DNA of 63,979 nt, filler included, from Barthelona sp. PAP020 (Eukaryota): NCBI GenBank assembly GCA_040182905.1. It is 3 parts of 3 records of this genome, joined end to end, with 100 filler letters (N's around TTAATTAATTAA, not from the genome) between each part and the next. Parts side by side here need not be neighbours in the genome. Positions count along the whole stretch, not along the records: positions 24,463 to 48,823 come from JARQWU010000156.1; positions 48,924 to 63,979 come from JARQWU010000290.1; 1 more part is not named here. One strand, written 5' to 3'. The notes below the pieces were generated by a model. The model searched no databases and was not told where the DNA came from. It saw only the letters and a program-made list of their open reading frames with translations. The position numbers were made by a program, and so were the translations under genes. How positions within the stretch are numbered: position 1 is the stretch's first letter; each line of letters starts with the position of its first letter. Positions 39,368 to 49,477 of the stretch are shown piece by piece.

Positions 39368-41971
39368 ATGGCACTAAGTATCGAACAAATTCAACGAGTT
39401 AGAAAACATATCGAGCGTGTTCGAAATGTATGTGTGATTGCACATGTAGACCATGGAAAAAGTTCATTTGTTGATTCTTTGCTTCAATATAACAGAATAA
39501 TTCCAGAAGATATGGTTGGACAATTAAGATATATGGATTTTCGACCTGAAGAACAAGAACGTGAGATAACCATGAAATCATCTTGCATCAGTCTTGGTTA
39601 CGTTTGCAATAATGAACCATTTATTATCAATATCATAGATTCACCTGGACATGTAGATTTTAGCTCCGAAGTTAGAGCTGCAACATCATTGTCTGACGGT
39701 TGTATTGTGATAGTTGACGCTGTTGAAGGAGTAAAGGCCCAAACAGTTTCAGTTTTACGTGAAGCTTATAAATTTCGTCTTAGACCTATTCTAGGTATAA
39801 ATAAGATTGATCGTTTGTTTGACGAGCTGAATTTATCTCCAGAGGAGGTTTCGGAGCATGTTTTCAAATTGATTGAAGAGATTAACGGTATTACTGAATC
39901 ATTTGTGGTTGATGAAACAATGCAAGTTTTTGACGAGCATGTTGACGTTACTTCCATTAAGAATCCGTACAAGTTCAATTTTGGCAGGGGCACTGTTGTT
40001 TTATTATCTGCTGTTCATTCATGGGCCATTGATATTGAGGTAGCTATAAAATTCATTTCTCCAAAGGTTAACATCGAAGAGACTTTGTTAAGAAAAGCCC
40101 TTTCAGGATTGAATAAAATTGATAAGAAAACAAAAAAACTAAAGCCCACAGACGGAACAAATGCGTTATTTACAAAGTTATTGATGCGACCTCTTTCAGA
40201 GATTTACACTGCTCCAAAAAAGAACCTGATTGATATTCACAATTCCTTACAGCTTCATTGTCTTGATAAAAAAGGCTTTAAAACGCAAGATCAAATAGCC
40301 ATTCGTAATATCATCTTACGTCATTGGATGCCCATTTCTTCTGTCTTTTTCAGTGCTATTTACAATATGGTTCCAAATCCTGTGAACGCTATGAAATTCA
40401 GATCTTCTGTTTATTTTCCTGTTGATACCAAGGAGCAACAGCTCTTGTTACAAGCTTCTAAAGATAAGGATGAATGTTTGGTGTATGTTTCAAAGGTTTT
40501 AGTTGGTGGTAGAGATGTTATTGATGAGCCTAGATCTGTAGCATTTGTACGAGTGTTTTCAGGCACTCTAAAAACTGGTATGACAATGAACATTCAGCAA
40601 AACGATGGATCTGTTCTTCCAGTTGTTATTGGTGAACTATGTGTTTTAATGGGTGGAAAAGCTCATCCCTGTGATGAATTGACCACCGGAAATGTCGGTG
40701 GAATTTTCGGTATCTCGGATTCTGTATCCAAACACTGCTTATTAAGCTCTATTGATTGTGGACCATTCAAGTTTGATGTGGAGGAAGTTGATTCAAAACA
40801 AACCCTAATCAGTACTGTTGTTGAACCAGAAAACGTATCAGATTTCAAACAAATGGTAAGTGGGTTAGAGAAGTTAAACAAGTGTGATCCTGGTATTTCG
40901 GTTGAGTTATTACCTTCTGGAGAATATTTGCTGGGTTCAACAGGGTTGGTCCACTTACATCAGACAATGGATGATCTCCAATCTTTATTTGCAAAAGTGC
41001 CCCTTAAGTTCAGTAAGCCAATCACAAGATTGAGAGAAGCTGTTGTTCAAAAGAAACCTTTGGTACAATCTATTATCATTCATGATGCTATTGAAGTGTT
41101 TGTGTCCATAACTGGACTTAACAATAAGATAATTGAGTACATTGATGAAAATATTGAAACAATTAGTAAAATGTTGGAAGGTGACAATGTTGCCAAAGAA
41201 CAAGTGTCTCAGGTCTTGGAAAAGATAAAATTGGATGACATTCTTTGTCTTGGTCCTGGAAATTATGGTCCAAATGTGCTTCTATCCAAAATTAATGATT
41301 CACAAACGATTGATGTTGAGTTGATAGCAGCAGTAGAATTGATTAAACCTGCAATTGTTTCAGCGTTTCAAATCGCAATGAAAAGTGGACCTTTGTGTGA
41401 AGAACCAGTATGTGGTGCTCTTTGTACCATTTTTGATGCAAAAATATTATCAAAAGAGCAATTACTGCTACTTCTTGAAGAAGACATCACCTTTACGCAC
41501 ACTATTATTACTCCTTTTAAGCTTCTTTTTTTAAATATTTTAAAACAATGTCAATTTAGAGTTAATGTTCCTTATGTCAAAGGAAGTCTTTCAATGAACT
41601 TCCAATCTGAAATTTATTCCTATCTGAGGTCTATTCAAACAATTTTTGAATCCCAGGATTCTGGTTTTGGCAGTGAAATTATTGAAAACATAGCTATCCC
41701 ATTAGACTATTCATTTGAAGCAATTCAACAAATTCGTATGGTTTCTTCTGGTACAGCTACTCTTAGTTTTTGGGGAAATTGTTGGAAACAGATTGATGAA
41801 GATCCTTTTTGGCGTCCTACAACAGAAGAAGAAATTGAAGAATTCGGTAATCAACTGGAATATCTTAATAAAGCAAAAATGTTTATAGACAATGTCAGAA
41901 AGCAAAAGCGAATTTATCATGATTTTGTCAATGTAATAGCAGAAAAACAAACAACTTTAAAGAAAGATTAA
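39368..41971 (+). CDS. EFL1: Elongation factor-like GTPase EFL1/Ria1 (60S maturation)
   Basis: AHVDHGKS, EREITMKSS, DSPGHVDFSSEV, NKID, and EFL1-specific EDPFWRPTTEEEIEEFG and AEKQTTL. Confidence 0.92.
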   Translation: MALSIEQIQRVRKHIERVRNVCVIAHVDHGKSSFVDSLLQYNRIIPEDMVGQLRYMDFRPEEQEREITMKSSCISLGYVCNNEPFIINIIDSPGHVDFSSEVRAATSLSDGCIVIVDAVEGVKAQTVSVLREAYKFRLRPILGINKIDRLFDELNLSPEEVSEHVFKLIEEINGITESFVVDETMQVFDEHVDVTSIKNPYKFNFGRGTVVLLSAVHSWAIDIEVAIKFISPKVNIEETLLRKALSGLNKIDKKTKKLKPTDGTNALFTKLLMRPLSEIYTAPKKNLIDIHNSLQLHCLDKKGFKTQDQIAIRNIILRHWMPISSVFFSAIYNMVPNPVNAMKFRSSVYFPVDTKEQQLLLQASKDKDECLVYVSKVLVGGRDVIDEPRSVAFVRVFSGTLKTGMTMNIQQNDGSVLPVVIGELCVLMGGKAHPCDELTTGNVGGIFGISDSVSKHCLLSSIDCGPFKFDVEEVDSKQTLISTVVEPENVSDFKQMVSGLEKLNKCDPGISVELLPSGEYLLGSTGLVHLHQTMDDLQSLFAKVPLKFSKPITRLREAVVQKKPLVQSIIIHDAIEVFVSITGLNNKIIEYIDENIETISKMLEGDNVAKEQVSQVLEKIKLDDILCLGPGNYGPNVLLSKINDSQTIDVELIAAVELIKPAIVSAFQIAMKSGPLCEEPVCGALCTIFDAKILSKEQLLLLLEEDITFTHTIITPFKLLFLNILKQCQFRVNVPYVKGSLSMNFQSEIYSYLRSIQTIFESQDSGFGSEIIENIAIPLDYSFEAIQQIRMVSSGTATLSFWGNCWKQIDEDPFWRPTTEEEIEEFGNQLEYLNKAKMFIDNVRKQKRIYHDFVNVIAEKQTTLKKD

Positions 41972-42181
41972 AAGAATTTTCAATAAATGTGTGAAAAAAA
42001 ATAATTTGTTTTTTTGATAATCTGAAAAAAAAAAACTCATTGTAACTTAAGAGTAATCTCAATTAAACAAATATTTTTGTCATTTGACAAATGTTCAAGA
42101 TGAAAAATGTAAAAAAGGGGGAACTTTTGTAGAATTTGTGGAAAACAATTTTTTTAATCTTTTTTTATACCTCCTTTTATT

Positions 42182-43033
42182 ATGTCATTATCTAAAAAGG
42201 ATAACAAAGAATCCATATTGGCTGTGAAACAATCTATTTCTGAAAAAGGAATATTGGCTACCATGTTTCCATCCTTTTGGGATATTTATACATATACAAA
42301 ACCTGTTTATAGTTTAATTATTTTAGCTTTAGGTATTTGTTTTTATATTACAATCAAAAGAAGTAGCTTAACTGTGTTATCTCTAGTCTCTATTGCTTCA
42401 TTAATTCCTTTAAGTTATTATTGTTATGAATCTTTTCGCATTCAAAAGGTTTCTGATTCAACAAGAACTTTGGAATGTTTGTTCAAGGAAGAAACTTTTG
42501 ATATGATTGGAAGACAAGTTTCCAAAATTTTAAAAGGTATTTTCTTGTTCAATGATTTGACTCCTCAATTTATTTTTCACAAAATTGTTGTGATTTTTAT
42601 CTTTGCCATGGTGTCATATGTTTTTTCTGCCCTTACTATAATCTTTTTTGTTTTTATTTTTAGAATGTCTTATCATATTCTTGATATTAAATATCCTGAA
42701 CAAGTGAAAACCGTAAAGATGAAAATTCTTGGTGCATTTGAAAAGGGCAAAGGTATTTGTTTGACATATATGATGAGTGTTTATGAGAAAGTGCTTCCCA
42801 TTGTTAAAGAACTTTTAAACAAAATTCCTTTTTTAAAAAAGAAAGAACCTGAAGTAAGAGATATTCATCAAGTTAAGAAGCAAAAGGAAGAAGAAAAGAA
42901 AGAAGAAGAAAAGAAGAAAGCAGATTGTGTTGATACAGAAACTAAAGCTGAAGAAACTATTGATTTTAATGAAACTGAAGCAATTGCTGATGAAACTGTT
43001 GAAGACCAAGTTGATGATAAAAAAAATCAATAG
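42182..43033 (+). CDS. Reticulon-like ER membrane protein
   Basis: Two long hydrophobic hairpins. WDIYTYTKPVYS resembles the reticulon DLLYWRDPKKS start. Charged tail. Confidence 0.6.
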   Translation: MSLSKKDNKESILAVKQSISEKGILATMFPSFWDIYTYTKPVYSLIILALGICFYITIKRSSLTVLSLVSIASLIPLSYYCYESFRIQKVSDSTRTLECLFKEETFDMIGRQVSKILKGIFLFNDLTPQFIFHKIVVIFIFAMVSYVFSALTIIFFVFIFRMSYHILDIKYPEQVKTVKMKILGAFEKGKGICLTYMMSVYEKVLPIVKELLNKIPFLKKKEPEVRDIHQVKKQKEEEKKEEEKKKADCVDTETKAEETIDFNETEAIADETVEDQVDDKKNQ

Positions 43034-43346
43034 AATTGATCGTTTAAATAATAATTTTTATATGAATAAATTGTGTTGTGCGTTTTTATTTTATGAAACC
43101 AAAAAAAATATTTGAGATTTTTTCAAATTTTTCAATTTTTAAAATTTTCAATTTAAAACAATTTTATTAAAAGAAATACATTTTTAAATACACAAATATT
43201 CAAAAAAAAAAAAAGAAATTTTTTTGGATTTTTGAAATAAGAAAAATCTGATAAAAAAAAGATGCTTTTCAAACGATTTTGTGGTTTGCAGAAACAATAT
43301 ATTTTACTTGTTTTACTTGATAACATGATTGAGTTATCATAGAAAA

Positions 43347-46300
43347 ATGAACTATTTTATTAATCTATGGAAGTTTATGGAAAAAAAAATTATTGAAACA
43401 AATACTATATCAAAAATCTTTAAAGACAAAAAAGAAAATGTTAAAGACAATGTTTCAAAGAATTTTATGGATCTATTAAAGAATATTCAAATACCGAAAA
43501 TATGTTTTGATGATATTGAAATTGAGAATTGTATTTTATCTTCAGAACATGAATTTACGGGATACTATTCGGACAATTATGTAAAAATTAGATTTTTTCA
43601 AAATTGTAATCAAACAGAAGATTCAAGCAATATGTTGTGCAATGACCAAAAATTATCGTTGATTCCATTGACTTTAAATAATGAATGTTTTCCAAAAATA
43701 CATGGAATAACACAATTTAAGGATGATATTGCTTTAATTTCTGATCATTATGAAAAAAAATTAAAAAATATTTTACCCTGCATTAAATTAATTGAAAAAT
43801 TTAAAATTTTGATAAAAATAGCTCAATGTTTAAATTTTTGTCACTCTGAAGGTATTTATGGGATAGATATTTCTCTTGAGAACATTTTGATAAAAGATTC
43901 CGAAAATTTAGGTGATGAAATTTCCCCAATATTGGACCAAATCAAATTGATGAAAAATAAAGAATATTTTTCGCCTGAAAAAACCATTGATGACATTAAT
44001 TTTTTCAAATGGCAAAAAACAGATGATGTTTGGCATTTTGGTATTTTATACATGTATCTCTTAACAAAGCAGTTTCCTGATAAGAAATTGCTGGCACAAA
44101 AGAAGTTTCCCTATTCTAATGAACTGTTAAACTTCATATTGGGTGGGAGTATGATCAGGAGAGTGTTTCGTTATGATTCTAGGGAACGACCAAGTTTTGA
44201 AGAAATATGTCAGTTTCTGATTGAACTCTTTCGATTTGCCATCAAACCTGATTTTCAAATGTTTGTTGATTTAGATTGGATTCCAAAACAATTGATCAAT
44301 AATAACGAATTGACGACTTTAGATCAATTCAAAAGAACCAAGTTACATGTATCTCTTGATACAGGCAATTTTTTTAAGTGTTTCTACTGCTTGAGAAATG
44401 GAGTTAATATCAATAGTCAAGATGAAATTGGTAGAACGCCTTTAATGATTGTTGTTACGAAGGGATATTTGTTGTTTGTGGAAATGTTTTTGATATGGGG
44501 TGCAGATTTGAACTTAAGAAATAAAAGAAATGAGACTGCTTTATTTCTAGCAGCAATGAAAGGATATACTGAAATTGTTCAATTATTACTGCAAAATAGC
44601 GCTGAAATTAATGTCAAATCTGAAAATATGACAGCTTTAACCGTTGCAATTATTCAGGGACACTTTGAGATTGTCAGATGTTTGTTTGATCACATTCTAA
44701 AAAAGGATATTTTGGTTGAATATTGGACTGAAGAAGAAGTTCTTTCAAATTTATCGGCAACAGTTCAGTTTAATAGAGTTGATATTTTAGACTTTTTGGT
44801 ATATAACTTACAGAAACATTTCTCCAAAAATTCATTTGTACAAATTATTTCGGAGTTGATCTTTAAGACTTGTGGGAAAGGAAACTGGGAATTGTTCTCT
44901 CTATTGATATCATTTTATCCACAACTTATCAATAACAAGAATTTGAACGGTGATACATGTTTACATATTATTGCCAGTTTTGGACATGTTGAATTGTGTA
45001 AACTGTTGTTAAATAACAAGGAAATTAAAGTTGATTTGACATTGAGAAATGAAAATGGCGATACCATATTAATGATTGCTTGTTCATATGGGTTTGATAT
45101 CATTGTGGAAGACATCATTGAATCCTTTGAAATTCAAAAAAATAAAGATATGGTTACTTTTTTGAACATACAGAATAAGCAAGGAAATGCTGCAATACAT
45201 GAAGCATGTAAATTTGGTTGTTATAAGATCGTTAAACTATTGATTGAAAAAGGGGCCAATTTTTTGTTAAAGAATAATGATAGAATAAAGCCAGTTTTTA
45301 TCGCAAATAGCAAGAATCATATGGATATTGTTGAATTGCTTCAAAAACAATACTGTGATATTGAATTTGATAACAGTTGTAGTATTGGTTTATTTAAGGC
45401 TATTGAAGATGTTCAATTGAAAGAAATCAAAGAAATTTTAATGAAAGATGAATATTCTTCCATTAATATTCTAAATTCCAGTGGAGAAACAGGATTACAT
45501 GTTGCATGTAGGTATAACTCCAGTAAAATTGTTGAAATCTTGTTAAGTTTGGGAGCGGATATCAATTTTCAATCGTTACCTGAACAGAAAAGTTGTTTAC
45601 ATTATGTTTGTATGAACAATAATGTTGAAATTGCCAGTTTTTTATTGAATAACCCAGATATTAACGTTAATTTGTGTGATAGTGTTGGTAACACGTGTTT
45701 ACATGATGCTTGTGCCAATAATGCAATCAAAATCGTTAGATTACTGTTAAATCATGAGATGACCTTCTTAAACGCAACAAATTTTAAAGGTGAAACACCC
45801 TTATTTGCTGCAATACAAAATGAAAGCTATGAAATTGTCTCATTATTATTGAAGCATGATGCTGGAATCAATTATATGAATGATTGTGGGCTATCCCCAT
45901 TGCATCTTGCCATTTTACAGAATAATTATAAACTGGTGAAGATTTTGTTAGAGTTTTCAGCAGCAATAGATCTCAAGATGGAAAACGTAGTTTGTCCACT
46001 TCATCTTGCCATAAAAAATAAAAATAACAAGATTGTAAAGTGTTTATTGGATTTTGGCGCTGATGTAAATTCAATTTGTGAAGTGTCCAATCTAACTCCT
46101 TTACAATTAGCTTGTAAATTAGAATTATCGACAGTAGTCCAATTATTATTGATGTATGGAGCAGATATGTATTTTTCAAGTCATAAAACAGTTTTGAGTT
46201 GTTTAGAGATATGTAAAGAAACAAATAACGTTAAAATGTTGGATTTACTTAACAATGCAGAGAAAATACGTTTTGAAATGCATTCTAAATACTGTGTTCC

Positions 46301-47315
46301 TCTTGTGTCCTCAATTTGTGCATCTTCTGAGAATTTTGATTTTGTTCTTGATTTAGATTTGGGACTTGACTTCGACAATTATCCAAATTCTGAAGATTCA
46401 CATTTAAAAGTTAAAAAATGCGTGGAAGACTTAGATTTGAATTTTCTTAATGAAATTAATACATCAAAACTAATGAATGAACAAAAGCATAAAAATTTAC
46501 TTCATTATTACGTGAGAATTGGTGATCTTTCAGCGGTATTAAGGCTGATCAAACACAATTTATTGGTTTCTTCTAATATTTCTGACGATGGGTCCCATAG
46601 CAAAGAAGTATTAAATGAAGTTGATGAATATGGTAGAACTCCACTTTGGTATAGTTGTTGTGAAGGATTTGAACAAATAACAAGAATATTAATTCATGAA
46701 GGAGCTTCAATTTCTGATTCAATGTTGTATGTTGCATGTCAAAATGGTCATATTCATATTGTTGATATACTACTAGCTTATTCGAGGGAATTTATCAACT
46801 TATCCTATCAAAATAGACATGGTGCTTCTTTTTTATACATAGCTTGTCAAGAAGGACATTTAGATATCGTAAATTTGTTATTAGATAAAAAAGTGGATGT
46901 CAATCTTTCAAGAAATGACAACACTACTCCTCTATACATCGCTTGTTATTTAGGACGTGTAAAGATTGTTCAAGCTTTGTTGGAAGCAAAGGCAGATGTT
47001 AATATTAAGTCTTCAAAGGGATTCTCACCATTACATGTTGCTTGTTTTTATGGTCATAAAGAAACGGTTAAATTATTGCTAAGTGCTGAAGATATCATGG
47101 TCAATATTCCAAATTTTAAGGGAGAAACACCGTTACATGTGGCTGTCAAAAAAAAATTTTCCGACATTGCATTTCATTTAATTATTCACAATGCGGATGT
47201 TCTTTTAAAAAATAAATCAGGCTTAAGTGCGTTAGATATTGCCAAAAATAAAATTAAAGACCCTGATATTCTTCAAATTTTCTTAAATCATGCTCAACAA
47301 CAAAAAAGCAGGTAG
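43347..47315 (+). CDS. Degenerate protein kinase domain followed by more than 20 ankyrin repeats
   Basis: Kinase remnants CHSEGIYGIDISLENILI, YFSPE, DDVWHFG, ERPSFEEI, then many GxTPL ankyrin units. First ATG at 43347. Confidence 0.85.
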   Translation: MNYFINLWKFMEKKIIETNTISKIFKDKKENVKDNVSKNFMDLLKNIQIPKICFDDIEIENCILSSEHEFTGYYSDNYVKIRFFQNCNQTEDSSNMLCNDQKLSLIPLTLNNECFPKIHGITQFKDDIALISDHYEKKLKNILPCIKLIEKFKILIKIAQCLNFCHSEGIYGIDISLENILIKDSENLGDEISPILDQIKLMKNKEYFSPEKTIDDINFFKWQKTDDVWHFGILYMYLLTKQFPDKKLLAQKKFPYSNELLNFILGGSMIRRVFRYDSRERPSFEEICQFLIELFRFAIKPDFQMFVDLDWIPKQLINNNELTTLDQFKRTKLHVSLDTGNFFKCFYCLRNGVNINSQDEIGRTPLMIVVTKGYLLFVEMFLIWGADLNLRNKRNETALFLAAMKGYTEIVQLLLQNSAEINVKSENMTALTVAIIQGHFEIVRCLFDHILKKDILVEYWTEEEVLSNLSATVQFNRVDILDFLVYNLQKHFSKNSFVQIISELIFKTCGKGNWELFSLLISFYPQLINNKNLNGDTCLHIIASFGHVELCKLLLNNKEIKVDLTLRNENGDTILMIACSYGFDIIVEDIIESFEIQKNKDMVTFLNIQNKQGNAAIHEACKFGCYKIVKLLIEKGANFLLKNNDRIKPVFIANSKNHMDIVELLQKQYCDIEFDNSCSIGLFKAIEDVQLKEIKEILMKDEYSSINILNSSGETGLHVACRYNSSKIVEILLSLGADINFQSLPEQKSCLHYVCMNNNVEIASFLLNNPDINVNLCDSVGNTCLHDACANNAIKIVRLLLNHEMTFLNATNFKGETPLFAAIQNESYEIVSLLLKHDAGINYMNDCGLSPLHLAILQNNYKLVKILLEFSAAIDLKMENVVCPLHLAIKNKNNKIVKCLLDFGADVNSICEVSNLTPLQLACKLELSTVVQLLLMYGADMYFSSHKTVLSCLEICKETNNVKMLDLLNNAEKIRFEMHSKYCVPLVSSICASSENFDFVLDLDLGLDFDNYPNSEDSHLKVKKCVEDLDLNFLNEINTSKLMNEQKHKNLLHYYVRIGDLSAVLRLIKHNLLVSSNISDDGSHSKEVLNEVDEYGRTPLWYSCCEGFEQITRILIHEGASISDSMLYVACQNGHIHIVDILLAYSREFINLSYQNRHGASFLYIACQEGHLDIVNLLLDKKVDVNLSRNDNTTPLYIACYLGRVKIVQALLEAKADVNIKSSKGFSPLHVACFYGHKETVKLLLSAEDIMVNIPNFKGETPLHVAVKKKFSDIAFHLIIHNADVLLKNKSGLSALDIAKNKIKDPDILQIFLNHAQQQKSR

Positions 47316-47429
47316 AAATATGAGTATTATTGTTGAAAGTGTAAATAGTTTTTTGATTGAGTTTTATTTTTGTTATCAATAGGCTGGTGTTTTGTGAAGT
47401 CAAATTTGTTGAAAAGTAAAATCATTGAA

Positions 47430-47700
47430 TCAATTGTAAAAGGGCTGGAGAAGTTGTACAATTTTGGAATGACCTTGGCCTCTGGCAATATCCATTGGTG
47501 TTCATTTTTGTTGAGATTTGAGATTTACATCGGCTCCAAAATCTAATAGAAGTTTGACTGTGTCAAGGTGACCATTTTGACAACTGATGTACAATGGAGA
47601 AGTACCATTCTGATTGCACAAATTAATATCAGCCCCATGATTCAAGAGCATTTTGGCAACATCAAGATGACCATTGTGACAACTGATGTACAATGTTTCT
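47430..47700 (-). pseudogene. Ankyrin-repeat gene fragment with in-frame TGA and no start codon
   Basis: ETLYISCHNGHLDVAKMLLNHGADINLCNQNGTSPLYISCQNGHLDTVKLLLDFGADVNLKSQQK*TPMDIARGQGHSKIVQLLQPFYN*. The 5' end abuts the palindromic repeat. Confidence 0.7.
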
Positions 47701-47710
47701 TTTGGATTTG

Positions 47711-47946
47711 GCAAAATCAATTTTTAAAGTTTAAACTTTAGCGCAAAGAAATTGAAAATTTCAACAGACCAATCGGACCTCGAAAACTAACTAAATAGAT
47801 TATTTCCAAGCTAAGAAGCACGGTGCGTATAAGTGAAAAAAAAGAATAGTGTTTATTTGGTTAAAGGCTTTCGAAGCCCGATTGATCTGTTGAAAAACTG
47901 TAGATTTTCTGAAGTAAAGTTTAAACTTTAAAATTTTGCTTTTTGC
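47711..47946. repeat. Imperfect inverted repeat (~90-bp arms), MITE/fold-back-like
   Basis: 47711-47797 pairs with ~47854-47946 (e.g. TCAACAGACCAATCGG with CCGATTGATCTGTTGA). Each arm holds the perfect 16-bp palindrome TAAAGTTTAAACTTTA. Confidence 0.8.
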
Positions 47947-48110
47947 AAAAAGACAAGAGAATGGGAATGGAGAATTTTTCCAAAATTCTCCTACTTGATG
48001 ATTAAGATTTAATTGCAGCTACTCATTTTCTGTGGCAGAAATCTGCTAGAAAGAGTTTTCTGAGTTTACTTTCTTTGTAAATAAATATAGTTGTTTCACA
48101 ACTGGACCAA
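47803..48110 (+). repeat. Dispersed ~310-bp repeat, copy 1
   Basis: Aligns by eye with the reverse complement of 49478-49783 (shared blocks GCAAAAAGACAAGAGAATGGGAATG, ACTCATTTTCTGTGGC, TGTTTCACAACT). Short fragments also at ~48104-48128 and ~48355-48393. Confidence 0.85.
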
Positions 48111-48823
48111 TAAACACTATTCTTTTTTATTTAAAATGAGGGTTGTAATTTTTGGCGAATTGAAATTTTCCAATTCTCCCTTTTTCCCTCAAGGTACAGA
48201 ACTTTTCCTTAACCTACCTCCAAAATTTTGACCTGCTACAGTGAACGCACGAAAATTGGCACAATTAGGATGAATTTGAAGAAGATTGGATCCTTTGAGC
48301 TTTTTTGACTAATTATTAATGCAACATTTCACACCCCACACAGGGCGTAGCTATAAAAAAGAATAGTGTTTATTTGGTCAAAAGCTTTCGAAACAAGTTT
48401 ATGTCACCACTACACCAAAGTCTCATGTCACTTATATCTTTTCTTATTCTTACAACACCGATTGTTGGAGTCCAACCCAACAAGAACAAAAAACAATTAC
48501 AAATGATGTTGCCTTCATTTAAATAAATTGAAGGTTGTCACACTACCAACATAAGAGGCTTATTGAAGTGGGGAAAAATGTTTCTTCAATGGAAGAAAAA
48601 AAGAAAATTTATTGAATACATATCGCACTCTTGCAAGTTCAATTTGTGAATTTCGTGAGTATAAATATGTCTATACCATCATTACATCAACAAATCTGAA
48701 AAAATAAATTGAAACAATGTCTTTTGTAAAAAATATTCGAACAAACATCATTATGACAAACTTTCATAATTGTGCAACATTTTCACAAAGTTTAAATCAA
48801 TATCAAAAGCTTAATTCGCTGCA

Positions 48824-48923
48824 NNNNNNNNNNNNNNNNNNNNNNNNNNNNNNNNNNNNNNNNNNNNTTAATTAATTAANNNNNNNNNNNNNNNNNNNNN
48901 NNNNNNNNNNNNNNNNNNNNNNN
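48824..48923. other. Assembly gap / artificial spacer
   Basis: 44 N + TTAATTAATTAA + 44 N. Confidence 0.97.
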
Positions 48924-49157
48924 CAAACAGCCAGGATTCAAATTCAAGGCTTTCCCAACTACTCATTTCAATAACACACCGTATATAAAAGCTTTCGTAT
49001 ACCTTTTCTTGTACCTAACGTGAGACCATGGAGTAATTTCCCCAACCCCAGTTAGTAAATATAAATTAAAGCCTTTAATTTTGCCCTTTCGTCTTAAGTG
49101 AATTAATGTTCGATTGCCAGACTCGATCCTTTTTGTGGAAAGGAATGAAGGAAAATT

Positions 49158-49230
49158 TGAGGATAGAGGGATTTGAACCCCCACCAACAGGGTTGGAGCC
49201 TGGGATGCTGCCTGGTTACACTATATCCTC
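49158..49230 (-). tRNA. trnW: tRNA-Trp(CCA), intronless, with a 4-bp anticodon stem
   Basis: GAGGATA TA GTGT AACCAGGCA GCAT C CCAGG CTCCAAC CCTGT TGGT GGGGG TTCAAAT CCCTC TATCCTC A. Perfect 7-bp acceptor stem, Pol III A and B boxes, A73, downstream TTTT. C27 and T43 do not pair. Confidence 0.93.
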
Positions 49231-49477
49231 TTCGGCAAATTAGGAAAAAGCAGATAATAATATTAATTGCTTTTTGTACTGATTTAAACAAAGAGACAAC
49301 ATTTTCTCTTTTATTCGGTTGAAAATTAATTTTTTCAAAAAAATGAAGAGAAAGAACTATATGTGTTTAGTTTGGAAACTGTACATTTTTTGTGGAAAGC
49401 TTATAAGGTTGCACTGTCTGTTGGGACTTCCAATTCTCTTCAAAAGAATATTAAAATTTGAAAATTTTGGTCAAGTT

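Noticed and set aside
47711..48393. CRISPR-like array
   Set aside because: The repeats are irregularly spaced, in mixed orientation, in a eukaryotic context and without cas genes.
48924..49140. Possible Pol III RNA next to the tRNA (GTTCGATT B-box-like, TTTTT end)
   Set aside because: No snRNA, SRP, RNase P or MRP signature could be matched, and the region is cut by the gap.
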